A program made the position numbers and the translations under genes. A stretch of 64,000 nt of DNA. Source: Orbicella franksi (Eukaryota). Below the pieces are notes generated by a model, which had not been told where the DNA came from, did no database searches, and worked only from the letters and a program-made list of their open reading frames with translations. Each line of letters opens with the position of its first letter. The stretch's first letter is position 1. The stretch spans positions 27,218,001-27,282,000 of the forward strand of contig OZ116706.1 of the NCBI GenBank assembly GCA_964199315.1, given 5' to 3'. Positions 11,913-24,400 of this stretch are shown here, piece after piece.

Positions 11913-12916
11913 ATTCTGCTCTAGTTCACTGATGATTTATCGGAACAACTAGCCAAAGACTGGAAAAGAACACTTGCACCATAATATAAAGGTTTGCGTG
12001 TGTGTTTTCTTTTTCTCGAAAAGCTCTATACAGATTTATACAAAGTACAGAGTAGAGATCTGAGGAGCCATTGCGTTATCTCCAAGAGGAGATGACGGAA
12101 AAGAAAATTAATGCGCCATGTAGGCCATGTAGAATCATTGTTCTATTTAGTGCGTTGTTACCTGAAGCACCGAGTTAAATTCTTTTTTTTTTTCTTTTTT
12201 CATTTACGATTTATTTTTAACCTGTAAGGATATTTGTGCGGTTAGTCAGTTGTCAGAAATCTTCCTGGTTCCCATGTGCCACCAATCCTGTTCACTTGTA
12301 AATTCAATGATTTAACAATTGTCTTTCCCCGACTAGTTTCTGGACGATTTCATCGAGTCACTGACAACGGAACAACTCATTAAGGAGCAGAAGGCTTTGG
12401 GAGTGCAGATTTTTGTTCTCAAAAACGTGTATCCACTCCAAGGAATTTTGTGTTTTTGAAAGTTGGGATCTGAGGAATTTGGTCCAAAATGTTTTGGGGT
12501 TTCTCTCAGTTGCGACCAGTTGTATCAGTTTCATTTACAGGCGCCTCGGACAGATACAAACTATGTGCAAATGACATGTATTCTGTCTTTTTTGAAAAAC
12601 TGATTTTTTGTAGAGAAAAAAGGGAATTTTTGGAAGTTACTTAAGAGGCAGTTTAAATTTTTAGGTTCTGACCATTTAGCCTCATTTGTACCTCCCCAGT
12701 GAAGTACGTCTTAGAAGTAGCGGCCCCATCCCCTGTGATTGTAATAATATCCCCCGCCATTTTCTTTTCCATTTCCATTAACAGTTTTTCTTTCCATTAA
12801 CCGGCAAAACTCATCTGTCCTATATTCTTCAACAGTTTCTAGTTCTTTATGAGTTTAACGACGATAGAACAACTGTCAATACATTGGAAAAGAATTTCCT
12901 TGCACTGTGGCATTAC
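11913..12916 (+). pseudogene. Three mutually homologous exon-like modules, partly disrupted
   Basis: Segments at 11913, 12337 and 12836 each follow a pyrimidine tract + AG and share GAACAACT. Two also share TGGAAAAGAA..CTTGCAC. The flanking intron-like DNA is not conserved. Confidence 0.4.
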
Positions 12917-13159
12917 GTGAGTACACTTTTCTTTTTCCATGTAACCCATATTAGTGCCTGATTACATGACGCATCAAGGTACGCCTATCTCCTTATATCG
13001 CTTCGTAGGTCAACAGGCTTGCACGGAGGGAAGAGAATGTGATCAATTAATATGGAACAGTGTTCAATAGCATGTTTAATCAAGGAGCGCAGTATCTATT
13101 TTTCGAAACGGCTGTATAGGCAGATTATTGATTACATTTTTCTTTATTAACATACGACT

Positions 13160-13222
13160 TTTGCGAATTGAATATTAACATAATGATTTGTACAAGTCAT
13201 AAGTTCGCCGATGGCTTGTAAC
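13160..13222. repeat. ~60-bp dispersed repeat fragment (second copy 39145-39207)
   Basis: TGAATATTAACATAATGATTTG..AAGTCATAAGTTCGC.GA.GGCTTGTAAC occurs at both positions in the same orientation. Confidence 0.8.
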
Positions 13223-14561
13223 GAAGATAATTGTTTAAAAGTCTAGTCATAATCTCTCACTTTTCTGCCCGAAATCCTTAGTCATCCTTGATATCTGCAA
13301 AAATTCATCCCGTATTTAACTGATGTTTCATTCACTTCTTGTTCCTACATGCAGCAACTCTTAACTAAGTTTTTATCTAGCGAAGTCCATTTAACGCCAT
13401 CGTAGTATCAGTGAAACTGTTTTTCTGGTTACAATTGATTTTATTTGCTGAAATTCAACTCTTCTTTATTCGGCTAAAATTGACATTCTGACATGAATTT
13501 TGTTTTCGAGTGATAAAAACAATATTCTACGATTAGTGTTATGTGTATTTACTCGAGCTTTCGTAGAAAAGCCCGAGTCGGAAAATGCAGGCCGTTCTTT
13601 TTTCTTGGTAGCCGAGTGGGGCTCATATCTCTAAGCGTCGTAAAGGAGAGCGTGAAAACTGGCTGATGACAACTGCGACAGCTTGCTAATCGCGTGCCGC
13701 GAGCAACATAATTTACAGAATGCTGTGTTTTGTGAGACTGATTATGTCTTATACGCTCATCTCACATACAAAGATATCGAACGTTTTCAGAACAAGTCGG
13801 TTCACGAATCCTGTAGCTTGAAAGCTAGCCACATTAACAAAGCTCTTACTAGTTCTCCGAAACACTTCAGATGTTGAAAAATGAATCTAGAGTCTTTGTG
13901 AACAGACCTTCCAAGGCGAGGGAAGAAACAACATGCAACTGGATGAAGAGGATACTCCACGAAGCAACTTGAATAGTAAATATTTAAGCTTAACTCTTGT
14001 GTTATAATATCCTGATTCTTTTCTTTGTTTTTATTGGTTCAATATACTTGCAGAGTACTATTTGCTATTGCGATAAGAAGCCTGAGTGAACGCTCTTGGA
14101 GAGCCTAGTTTCCACTAAAACACTCTTACCTATATAATAAACACTGACATGGGCATATAGATGTTGAACTTTAGAATTTTTGAGGATTTCAAACAAGACT
14201 TTGACTGAGTGAGCATACAGAATTGTATTACACGTTTCAAATTTCCAAACAAAAGCTATGAATAGGAGCAATTGTAACTGGAAAAGGCGGCTTTGGTGTT
14301 GCTCTGAAAGGTTTTTTGAAAAATTTAATTCATGTTGATATTTGCTTTTCTTTCAGGTTCAGAGATGACTTAAACCTCAAGAGAACGCGCTATCTACGAG
14401 GAGCAAACAAAGCGATGTTGAAATAAAAAGGCTTCAATTTAAGAGCTTTTGCATTTGGTTTTCATATAGCTTTAGGAAAGATATTGAACCTCGTTTGAAG
14501 AAGTTGTTCGATGACAAGTTAGCTCGTCAAACGCTGTCATAGAGCAACGAAGAAAAAAGTC

Positions 14562-14964
14562 TTTTAGCGGGAAATAGTCGCGCTTTTAAAAGTGACGAAG
14601 AAAAAGTCGAAAAAAAAACTAAATGTTTTGGCGGGAAACAGTCGCGCTTTTAAAAGGGACCAAGAAAAAAGTCGAAAAAAAAAACTAAGTCTTTTGGCGG
14701 GAATTTTGTCCTTGGAAAAAAACGTCTGCGCTTTTAAATGGTGTCTGGTTTTGAGCCAAAAATATACTGTCTTTTGGCGGGAAAAATCTTGCCTTGTGCA
14801 ACGGATTTGTTCCGTCAAAATTCAAAGTATTTATTTGATTTCTGGCTAGACTCTGTTCAAAAGCGCAGAATTTTTTTTCTTTTTGGCAACCCTACATAGT
14901 CAAAAAATAGTAAAAGAGATAGCCTACATTCCGACTAGTTTCCAGGCCCCTTTTAAAAGCGCGA
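14562..14964. mobile_element. Minisatellite-bearing non-autonomous DNA transposon remnant (hAT-like end)
   Basis: Four TTTT(G/A)GCGGG(G)AA units at 14562, 14626, 14691 and 14772; the first two are 64-65-bp repeats. TGGCAACCCTA (reverse complement of the hAT-type TIR TAGGGTTGCCA) at 14884-14894. Inverted copy of the CGCGCTTTTAAAAGGG core near 14949-14964. Confidence 0.5.
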
Positions 14965-15993
14965 TTTTTTTTAGTTTATTTGCTTATTCATAAAGCAGAA
15001 GAGACAATTAAAGTTGTGAACACTTTGATTGTTTTGTTTCATTTATTTTTTAACTTATTTACAACACTTTTAAGTAGCAAGATCGAGATAGCTTTACAAC
15101 TCTAAGTTAAGTATTAAATGCAAAACGTGGAAAACTATAAACGAGTAGGCTAAACTGTTAGGCAAATGATTGCAGCAGTAATAAATAATTCGAAACTTGA
15201 AAAAAAAAAATGTCATGCTGGTTGAATATTCTCTGACTACGACGAGTGTTTAAGAAACTCGACTCCTCATCAAAGATTTTGTTTCAAAATACAGACAATT
15301 CAATCTTTTAAGAGAAGTTTTCCATTGAATGTCGACTTGACATGGAAAACGAAAATAATCAAAGAACAAATTACTGTCAGCGTAAAAAACTGAACATGCA
15401 ATCAACACATGTGTTAACATGTTTTGACTGCACGTCCCAAGTATTACATTTACAACAGCAATAATTCGCTCTGTGATTACACTGAAAAATTGCGCGAATT
15501 GCTCAGTTGGAAAATTTTGCATAAATTCGTTGAAAATGAAACTCAGAATAAATTCAAAATTATTCATTCTTATCCAAAATGCTCGTGACCGCCTTTCAGG
15601 CAACGGTTGGCTAACAAAAAAATTTGACTTGAAGATGTCAGAAAATTGGATGCTAGATTATTAGATCCTGTCTTTTCCTTTACAAATCATATGCTTTTGG
15701 CTTTGCTGTGGTGTAGTTTACTTTAATCAAGTTTGGCAACAAGACTTTCACGTTTTTTTTAAAATCAAGTATAAGAAAATTATTTCTTGTTATACAATTT
15801 GAAAGAAATTCTCTCCGACGATGGAAAAATTACTCTTATATGTTACATTAACCTCTGGCCATCTCATCTTGCGCCACAGAGTTCTTTGAGAATTGTTCTC
15901 TTCTCTCTCCACACTGGTGTTGGTGTTCAACAGCGTTTCGAAATCTTTGGTGAAGACACTGAAAGAGAAAACAAACATAAACGTTAAAACGCG

Positions 15994-16180
15994 GAAAATT
16001 TGTAAACAAATCACTTATTTTACAGGGCTATGGACAAGACTGAATGAAGCCACTGCTGAATTAAATTCATTTCAATTCTAAATTGTTTGTTATATTAGGA
16101 CCAAGTTGAAAATTCGTAAACAAATCACATATTTTACAGGGCTATGGACAAAACTGAATGAGGTTACTGCTGAATTAAAT
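15994..16180. repeat. Two-copy tandem duplication, period 114 bp
   Basis: GAAAATT(T/C)GTAAACAAATCAC(T/A)TATTTTACAGGGCTATGGACAA(G/A)ACTGAATGA...CTGCTGAATTAAATT at 15994 and 16108. Confidence 0.9.
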
Positions 16181-16268
16181 TTATATCTGAGTTGTGTGTT
16201 GCGTTCGGACCGAGCTTTTTGCCTAATTCGTCAGTTACGGCCTGTTGAGAACTGGAACCTTCTCAAAC

Positions 16269-16299
<31 letters not shown>

Positions 16300-16397
16300 C
16301 ATTCACAACCCTGAAGGAGGGTTGGATACCCGGTCTTAATTAGCATAGATTTTGACGATTTTACTTCTCCGTTTACTCCTTAGTTTTTGCTTCGATT

Positions 16398-16557
16398 GAG
16401 AAGATATATCAAACACTCGAGACGGTGTTTCATCGGCTATCCAAACACTTCGAATTTCGTCAAAAATACCTCGCTGCGCGTCGTATTTTCAACTCTATTC
16501 TCGGTGTTTGGATATCCCGATGAAACACTGTCTCTCGTGTTTGATATATTACTTCTC
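16398..16557. mobile_element. Palindromic (hairpin) MITE
   Basis: ~50-nt inverted arms: GAGAAGATATATCAAACACTCGAGACGGTGTTTCATCGGCTATCCAAACAC versus GTGTTTGGATATCCCGATGAAACACTGTCTCTCGTGTTTGATATATTACTTCTC. Confidence 0.8.
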
Positions 16558-17471
16558 GTCCTATATATTTATAATGTTTACACGCACGTTTTAGCATCTA
16601 CTCTATATCTTTTTGAACGCTGTTACGAATTACATGTACAAACGCAAATTTACAAGGTAAAATAAAATAACAAAAATTGACGGCCCCTTTTAGTCTCAGG
16701 CAAGAACGTTTTCCTCCCCAAAATAACTGATAATGACTCTTGGTACATAGCAAGAATCAAAACATTTATTTCAATGCTTCTTCTGAAAATTTCGTGATAA
16801 ATTAAGACAATGTCCCTAGGAGCGGCGATGTTTATCTTTCTTCTCCCTACTGTTCTGCTCTACTGCACTGTATTGATATTTTAAGAAGAATCTCCATGTT
16901 GATCAGTTCAACGGTCACCGAATTAAAGACAATTAAATGGCGCTCATAAATTATAAGAGAAATCAAATAATTGGTGTGCAGTCAAGTACAATTCCATCGA
17001 GGCTGCTTGTTTGACATATATCCAGCGGCAAGAAAATTAATGCGTTATTGTCCATGATTTTCGTTATTTTCACCAGTGTATTTTTGTCCTTATATTGATG
17101 TTTTCATCAAAATTAAAGATCACTCTTGGATATTCCTGGGTTAAAAATGTCAAACAAGGCAGACTAAAGAAAAAATCCCACGAAGCAGCATACGTTGGCG
17201 AAAAAAAGGCTCATTTCAATTTCTAATAATTTAGGAAAATGTTGGTTTTCACACATGCACCACTTGCAAGTTTGAACCGTGAAAGGTATGAAAACAGCTC
17301 AGCTTGGTTTGTTTGTTGCGCTATTTTACCCTGTAAAATGTTTTTTTTTTTCAAATTTAACGATATTGTGACGTTTATATGAATGCATGTTTTATCGATA
17401 GATAAAGAACAATTCCTTAGAGAGCATCACCTGTATCACAATTTACACACGAACATTTGTGTGATGAATAA

Positions 17472-17814
17472 TAGCGAGCTTAAGCAAACCACGACGGCAA
17501 CCAGCGGCAACGAGAACGCCACCAAACAAAAGGTTTAATGAGCAAAACAATGGCTGTGCACGTGCGTTATAAATCTTTGTACATTTCTTTGCCGTCCTCT
17601 GCAAAACAACAACGTGAAATGACCAAGTTCTGCATATTTTGCAGAACGCGAACGAATTTTTCGTATTTTCTTTTGGAATTGAACGCTGGCGTTACATATT
17701 TAGCCTGAGCAAGTTGTGAGACCAATAGGCGCACTGAACAGATCTAAACAATTGCGAAGTGCGAAAGCAAAATATAATTTTTTCACTAGGCGTTGTCCTC
17801 GGGATCGCCGACGC
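17472..17814. mobile_element. CMITE-like coral MITE (TTAA plus trinucleotide-rich TIR), right end degraded
   Basis: TAGCGAGCTTAAGCAAACCACGACGGCAACCAGCGGCAACGAGAACG start and internal TGCACGTGCG...TTTGTACATTTCTTTGCCGTC block, as I recall for this coral family. Confidence 0.65.
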
Positions 17815-19179
17815 AAATATCCTTAAATGCAGGTTTTCCAGGTAGCGTCCGTTCATTTCAACTAATACACCTTGTCCCTAATACACCTTGTTTTTACAAA
17901 AATAAATCTTATGACCACAAATGCATGTGGTAGCATTATTTAAGAATAATTAACGACAATGTCTCGAGACTACATTTGTAGTATTCACGATTTTCGTGAC
18001 AGCATGAAAAAATCTTAGCGCAAATAAAAAACTTAATCAAATCAGCAAACAAAAAAACCACAGTTTCTAATCACCAGAAAAACATTTGATATATCTTTTG
18101 GATTTTCCAGACCTAAAACAGCACTTCATTTGAAAAAAACAAAGAAAATCAACGGACTGTTTGTTTACATTGTCACTACATTCCTATCATACCATTGAAA
18201 GGTTTGAGCTCGTGTGACGTGGTACACGCCCCATGGAGATAAGTTGAGGACTTCACTCGGAAATTGTAAAGATATCAGAGAAAAAGAGTAAAGACTTCGA
18301 AACAACAAAGAACATTCCATGTAATTCACGTCGCTGTTTAAACAAGCTGATTGCCACTTAAATAATGCGGACGCAGGTAATTTGAGCTAGAAAACTGAAT
18401 ATAGAACCACACAAAAGTGACAAAAACAACATTAAATGTTGTAAATCTGCGAAATTTTGGACAAAAACATTTGGAAGAACGTAAAACGCTTGTTTTTCAA
18501 GAAGTTAAATACATGTTGTGTAAAACTCCTGCTTTAAAATGTTTTGCAAAGATTCGCTTTTTAGACATTACAAGGTAAAAACACTCCGGGAAATTGAGTC
18601 ACGTGCTTATGTGTGATGATATGAGCAGTTAAAAGGAAAGCTATATGGTCTTTAGAACGACCTATCGCTGAGAAAATTACCGGTACCTTCAATTTGGTAT
18701 CCCGTAAACAACGTTAAAAATCGCCTTCTTTCTTGTTATGCCATGTGTTTAAAATAAAAAAAAATTAAAAAAATCAAATTGATGTTGGTCACACGTAAAT
18801 TAGAACGTGAACTGAATCGCGCTAAAAAGACTTACTCGATTTGGCAGCTTCCTAGATTGCAATGGTTTTTCACCGCAAAGAATGGACTGCAAAGAATCCA
18901 AAATCATACACTGTTACTAAATCTGTTCTAATACCCGCAGAAACCTTTTAGAAATTGCATTCAAAGCAAAGTGAAAACTTCCAATTTTGAGTGGAGTAGC
19001 CATCAAAACATGTTAGTTATAGAAAAGTCAACCGTACGCAACCAAACTGACACAGTTAGATGTTTTTCGATAAATTTTTGAAAATTTCACAAAGTTAAGT
19101 CATTTGCCGACATTTTTCAACTTAAGTATAAAATTAGTGCTCAAAATCTCAGGGGTTGTTAATATAATTTGTTACTTTA

Positions 19180-21440
19180 TTCTTAATTCTTGTTATTTGT
19201 TTCTTTCCTGAATAGATCAATGCCTTGTTTTCCTGTTGCAATACCTGAATACGTTGTCGTTTTTAGCTGTTAAGACAAGTGCACACTGCGGTCCTATGTT
19301 TCTTCATGTAATCATGAACTTAACCTAAAAGGTTTTCTTAAGCGTACCTTTGGTCATTTCGTTACTTGTGATGTCTTCTTGCCATGTCTGTATCAGAACG
19401 GTTCTCTAATGGTACTCCAGCTGTAATTGTAATAAAAAGACCAAAATTAGCTAATATCCTTACGATAAAGAAGTCGCTCATTTGCGCAAGCGCCACAATC
19501 TCTGATCAAACAATAAGAATATGAAGTCTGATATTTATTTTGACTATATTAAGACATTTGAATTTGAGCCCAATGTATTAAACACTTGTGTGACGCTGTT
19601 TTGTAAAAATGAATGGGGTCGTTAGTGCTTTTGCTGCTCAGTCTGAAATTTTACAGTTTTTGAAAGACCTCCCTCATCTTGATTACATCCGAAGTGCTAA
19701 ATGCCTCACCACTTGTTTAGTTTCACAAGCTCTTTAACTTTTTAGAGTCAATTTGTACCTAGCATGATGTTTTATTTTTCTACGCAAATCCATGTGTTAA
19801 CAATGACTTCAGCAAAGATTCTACTATAACTTGGCTAGCATTAGTCCTTTACAACAACAGAAGTCCAAACACGATAAAATACAGAAGATCTTGTGAATAG
19901 TGTTCCCAGATTCCTTCAGTCCGACTCACTGGGACAGGACTAGCTTTTGCAGTGATATACAGAGATATTATCCTGAATATTAATTAATAAGATCTTGGAA
20001 CATTGATTCAAATTGATCGACATCATTCGAGTCTTCTGTTGTAACGTGTCAATGCACCGCATATGGTAAAATTAACCTTTTGTGCGCATTGCAGACCTAT
20101 ATTTACACTTTATATTTTTCATGAAATTTATTACTCGGTATTCTCAATCTTACCTGTAGCCCTTTACTAGAAGATTCTACTTGGCTTGCCTTGTCAAATT
20201 CATAATGGTACATCGCCTGAAATTTAAAATATAAAAACAAATCATAAATATGCCAATATCGTACACTGAACCACAAGTCCACAAGCTATTCTTAGCTTTT
20301 TGAGACGCTACGCTGCTTGAATTTACTATCAAACAACTTTTTCTGAAATCTTAGTGGAAAGTAAATGAAGTTAATAGCTAAATTACTTAAAGATCCCGCC
20401 ATTATCTCTAATCCATTCAGTTGCAATCCATGTGTTTAAAGATTTTAGGCAAAGTGGAAAAGTCACTGCCATCATTGCCACTCTAAATATGCATTCTAAA
20501 CGGATGTTATGTCGTTGGCTTGCAGGATATTGCTTGAAACTATGACGTATAACATAAATGTAGAGCCTCAGATATTCCTCAGTTGATGAGTCATCTGATT
20601 ATGGACTTAAATATCCCTCATAGACACATGTACATATTGTGTACCTGTTTTATCGCAAGTCACTGCAAACCTTACCTTCGCGTAAATCTTTGCGGGTGGT
20701 TTCTCCAAGCCATGCCAAAGTGTTTTTTAAACGGCGCTTCACCTAAGAAGGAGAAAAACAATGCTGAAATGAATAAATGTAATTATTTATTTAACGTTTC
20801 CATTACTAGCTTATAAACACGAACCGAAAAAAATGGTAACGCTCATCCATGGTTGAGCGAAGTCTTCCATATGATTTCGGTGCCAAATGACCGCCCACCA
20901 ACTGAACACTTTACATCAAATAGACTTCGGGAAATCGATGCTCCTTCTTTTGACATCTTACCACAATTTTTCATAATATTACTAATTTTTGGAAGCTTTT
21001 ATTTGTTTTTAATTTCGTAGAAGAATTTTCTTGTTCGCTTAACTCAAGGAACAACGTCGTCGGCAAGTTTCAACAGACCAAATGTAACGATTTACCCTGC
21101 AAATGGAAGTTCTTGACAAATTTCACTTTCACCGTTTTAACTTGCTTTCACATTTAATACTATAGTTTGCGAGTGATATACTCACATTTAATACTTCAGT
21201 TTGTTGCGAGTATAATACTTTTTACATGTGGCAGCCTACTCTTATTTCGTTCTCACAATGTCTCAGTGATTAACTGCTCTCACCTCATTTTTCACTCTCG
21301 GAGGCTGAATACACTCGGTAGTGAGTTCTTGTCCGTCTCGATTCTTCAGATGGAACATATTCGGCAATTCCCCTTATGTTGAGGACTTTCATGGCGCTGT
21401 CGTTGATTTGTCAACAATTTATCTTCTGCGGAGAAAGGCA
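19180..21440 (-). pseudogene. Cryptic multi-exon gene or pseudogene of unknown product
   Basis: Run of AG/GT-bounded minus-strand segments: 20742-20676, 20594-20387, 20342-20267, 20216-20154, 20096-20077, 19972-19930 and 19420-19348. Introns along the first six are 44-104 nt. The first six chain in phase; the flanking ones contain stops. Confidence 0.45.
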
Positions 21441-24400
21441 ACGGTCTCCGCCACGAGGTACCGAAGAACAAAATGCAAATAAGCTGAAGCTGCACGATCG
21501 TGGAAAAATCACACCTCAAGATTTGCATGTGATGAGGTCCATGGCGAGGTCCCTGAGTTGAATTAATTTGACTAAACTGTTTTCCACAACATATTTTCTC
21601 TTGATTTTCCTTACCTTTTCTTAGATAGTAAAATTAATGGCTTGGTATAGAAGCTCATGAAAACTCAAATAACAATTTTGGATTGAATACTTGGAATCCT
21701 TTTTTTTTCAATCGTGTCACTCGTAACCCTGCCGGCTAAAGCAATTTGATTTTCTTCTTCCAGGACTAGGAATGGAGCAGTCACGAAACGGCTACTGAAT
21801 GAAAGCTTATGTCCCGCTTTTGAAGGCTGTTTATTATCACTTCCATTATCCATTACATTCTGAGCTATCTGTACTTTGTCGTCGTTTATATGGTCCTGTT
21901 GCCAGCATGGGCTTCAGTGCTGTGAGGTTTAACAAAAGTAACATATGCTATAAGACACGAAAAGACATGCTAAATCTAAAGACCTGGAATTAACAGAAAA
22001 CTTCCCTCAGCGGGGACAGCTGCTCCGCCCGGCCACACCAGACACCATGTGTAGCGATTACTCGCTATATGTACGCTGATAACTCTGACAGTGAGAAGGA
22101 AATGGCTCATTTCTGAGGTACACAGGGTTCAGGGGATTATCTGCGCTTTCGAGGCAAGATTACACTGAGATAATCGAGACCACACGCAGAATCCTTGAGG
22201 AGGCTGCTAATGATGATACAGTAATTACATAGCCAGGAGTCGTGCTACTCGAGTCGTGTTACTCTCGGGATCTAGAGAGCTTAAATGTCCCCTTCAAATG
22301 AAGAGTGAACAAAATCAGTCAAGCGATCATTTCAAGGTTGAGGGGCACTTGAAAGCAGAGTTTAAGGGGAATAAACTTGTATTAACATTTTTATAAAACT
22401 CTTATAAGCCACTAAGTGTCTTATGAGACTGCCAGGTCTGGGAGTGACAGAGAAAATGATCTTGTTCCTGGTACCTTGTTCAAACTCAGTAGCTGTTACG
22501 ACGCCAAGAATAATAATGAACTATCAGGACGCATATGCTAGACGTAAAAGCCAATTTCGCTGAACTATCGACATTGGAAGGGATGAAATTTAGAGCATAA
22601 TGTCTAGAAACGAGTGCGCTTTCTGTCTCAGTTTAGGTTATCTTTGGGGGTACATTCCTGGGGTTGGGTGGAGCATTACCCCGGAGGCTCTGCCCTCCCC
22701 CCCCCCCACCCCCCCACGCTTTATTCTGGGAAATAATTACATCGATGTATAATAAGGTACAGGAAACTGAGAGAGTCAATATAATCTAGAAGAGAAAGAA
22801 TGTTTCTCTCTTATCTAAGACCGATATGATACACTCCTAGAATTTGCGGGCAAAGACAAGAACACCGGCCCCTGATGGGGGACTACAGCAAGTTTTTGGA
22901 GTCACGGTATCAGATAAAATCTCATAACTCAAGTGCCAGCAACGGGCAGGTTTATAGATTCAAAGAGGAGCAAAATAAAAATTACAATGAGAGGAAAAGA
23001 GGAAAGAATATAATCATTTCAACATATCCTGCCCCTTGGAAGCGTTCAGTAAAGGTCACTCGGGTCTGTAGCCTCAATCGGTCTGTTACGATTCGGTCAC
23101 TTCTCGCCGGCCGATGTGTTATTCCTCTTCACTTGATTTTATGAATAAAACAATACCCTTTTTGAACTTGCCGTTGGCTTGTCCATGTTTGCTTTCCTTA
23201 TCGCAGCGTGATAATTATCACGCTTTATTTTTTACCTCTGTGGAATGCTGGATAAACTGTCATCATTTGCGCAGATTTCACTCTGATTTTAATCAAAACG
23301 CGGACAGTTTACAGTAAATATCCCTCAACGCCGAGTTCATTGTCGCCTCGCGATTTTCTGACCGTGTTAAAAACGTCCGTTTGTCGTTTCGTGAGTAACG
23401 AAACGATATTGCCTCGAGCCTCGGAGAGAAAAGCTGCTGCGATCTTACGGATAAACCCATTGCAGTAAGTCCATGATCGCTTTTCGAATAACCCTGCGCT
23501 AGGATATGGGGGTGTGTTGGAGGTGGTTCTAGAAAGGTTTTGTGTCTGCGATGACCTTTAATTGTCGGCACACAGACACAGTGATATTTTACGTTTTTTT
23601 TTTTTTTCATTCGTTTTCCTAATGGATAAACAAAAGTCTAGCCTTTTCAAAAACAGGATATGCTTATTTGGAAGCCCGTTAAGCGTTGAAGAAGTGTTTG
23701 AAACCTAAGAGTGGTTTCCGGTTAGTGTTAAAGTGTCCGGCTGACGTAAGTCATGTGGCTTGTTTGCTTTCAGTAGATTTGCACCTCTGTTTCGGACCAA
23801 TAGGCCTATCGAAGAACCGCTATCAAGTCCGTTGCCGTTGTCTGCAGTTTCATCATTGAAGGTTAGTCATAAAACAAGTAAACAAGTAAGTCATTGGCCT
23901 TTTATTCTGCAATACCAAGGTCGGACTCAACTCCCGTGGACTCGCTGACAGTTTCTACAAGTAATTTTGCTGTGTGGTCGGTTATCCCACGGGATTATAG
24001 CCCGCTAGATGAATAACTGATCACAAGGCTCCTTCTTTCCCTCAAAGATTACCAAGCAATATAGCGAGAACAGAAACTAGGAACAATGAAAAACAACCAA
24101 TTTGCTTTCCCTCATGTAGAAACAACTGAATGAGTGTACTGAAAAATTGGGAGCGTGCGGTTCACGTTTGCACTTTGTCCGACGGCAATTCTGGAGAAGA
24201 AACACTGACTGCTCAGTAATAGCTGCTAATAGAAACACATTATCTCTGCCTTAACTGTAACAGCATTTTAGCCATGATAGAACCGATGTGATGCAAACGA
24301 TGAGAGACTAGGTACCATACCTACAATTAAGTTTAATTAAACGAGCGATCGATCTTTGTGGCTTCAAATACTAGAGTGGAAACTTCTTTGATAAATGCTC

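Noticed and set aside
10560-11990. Patchy similarity to THOC1 (NGKAFS..W..RN, WMKDTT, WK.LAP)
   Set aside because: The matches are short, lie in the wrong order relative to THOC1, and a similar-looking match appears on the opposite strand; likely chance.
18465-18575. VFQEVKYMLCKTPALKCF resembling the Gypsy RT-RNaseH linker
   Set aside because: Single short motif with wrong spacing to the upstream W; no RT, RNaseH or integrase motifs or LTRs nearby.
22060-22100. MYADN resembling the RT YADD motif
   Set aside because: The catalytic Asp is missing and the flanking sequence does not follow the LINE RT pattern.
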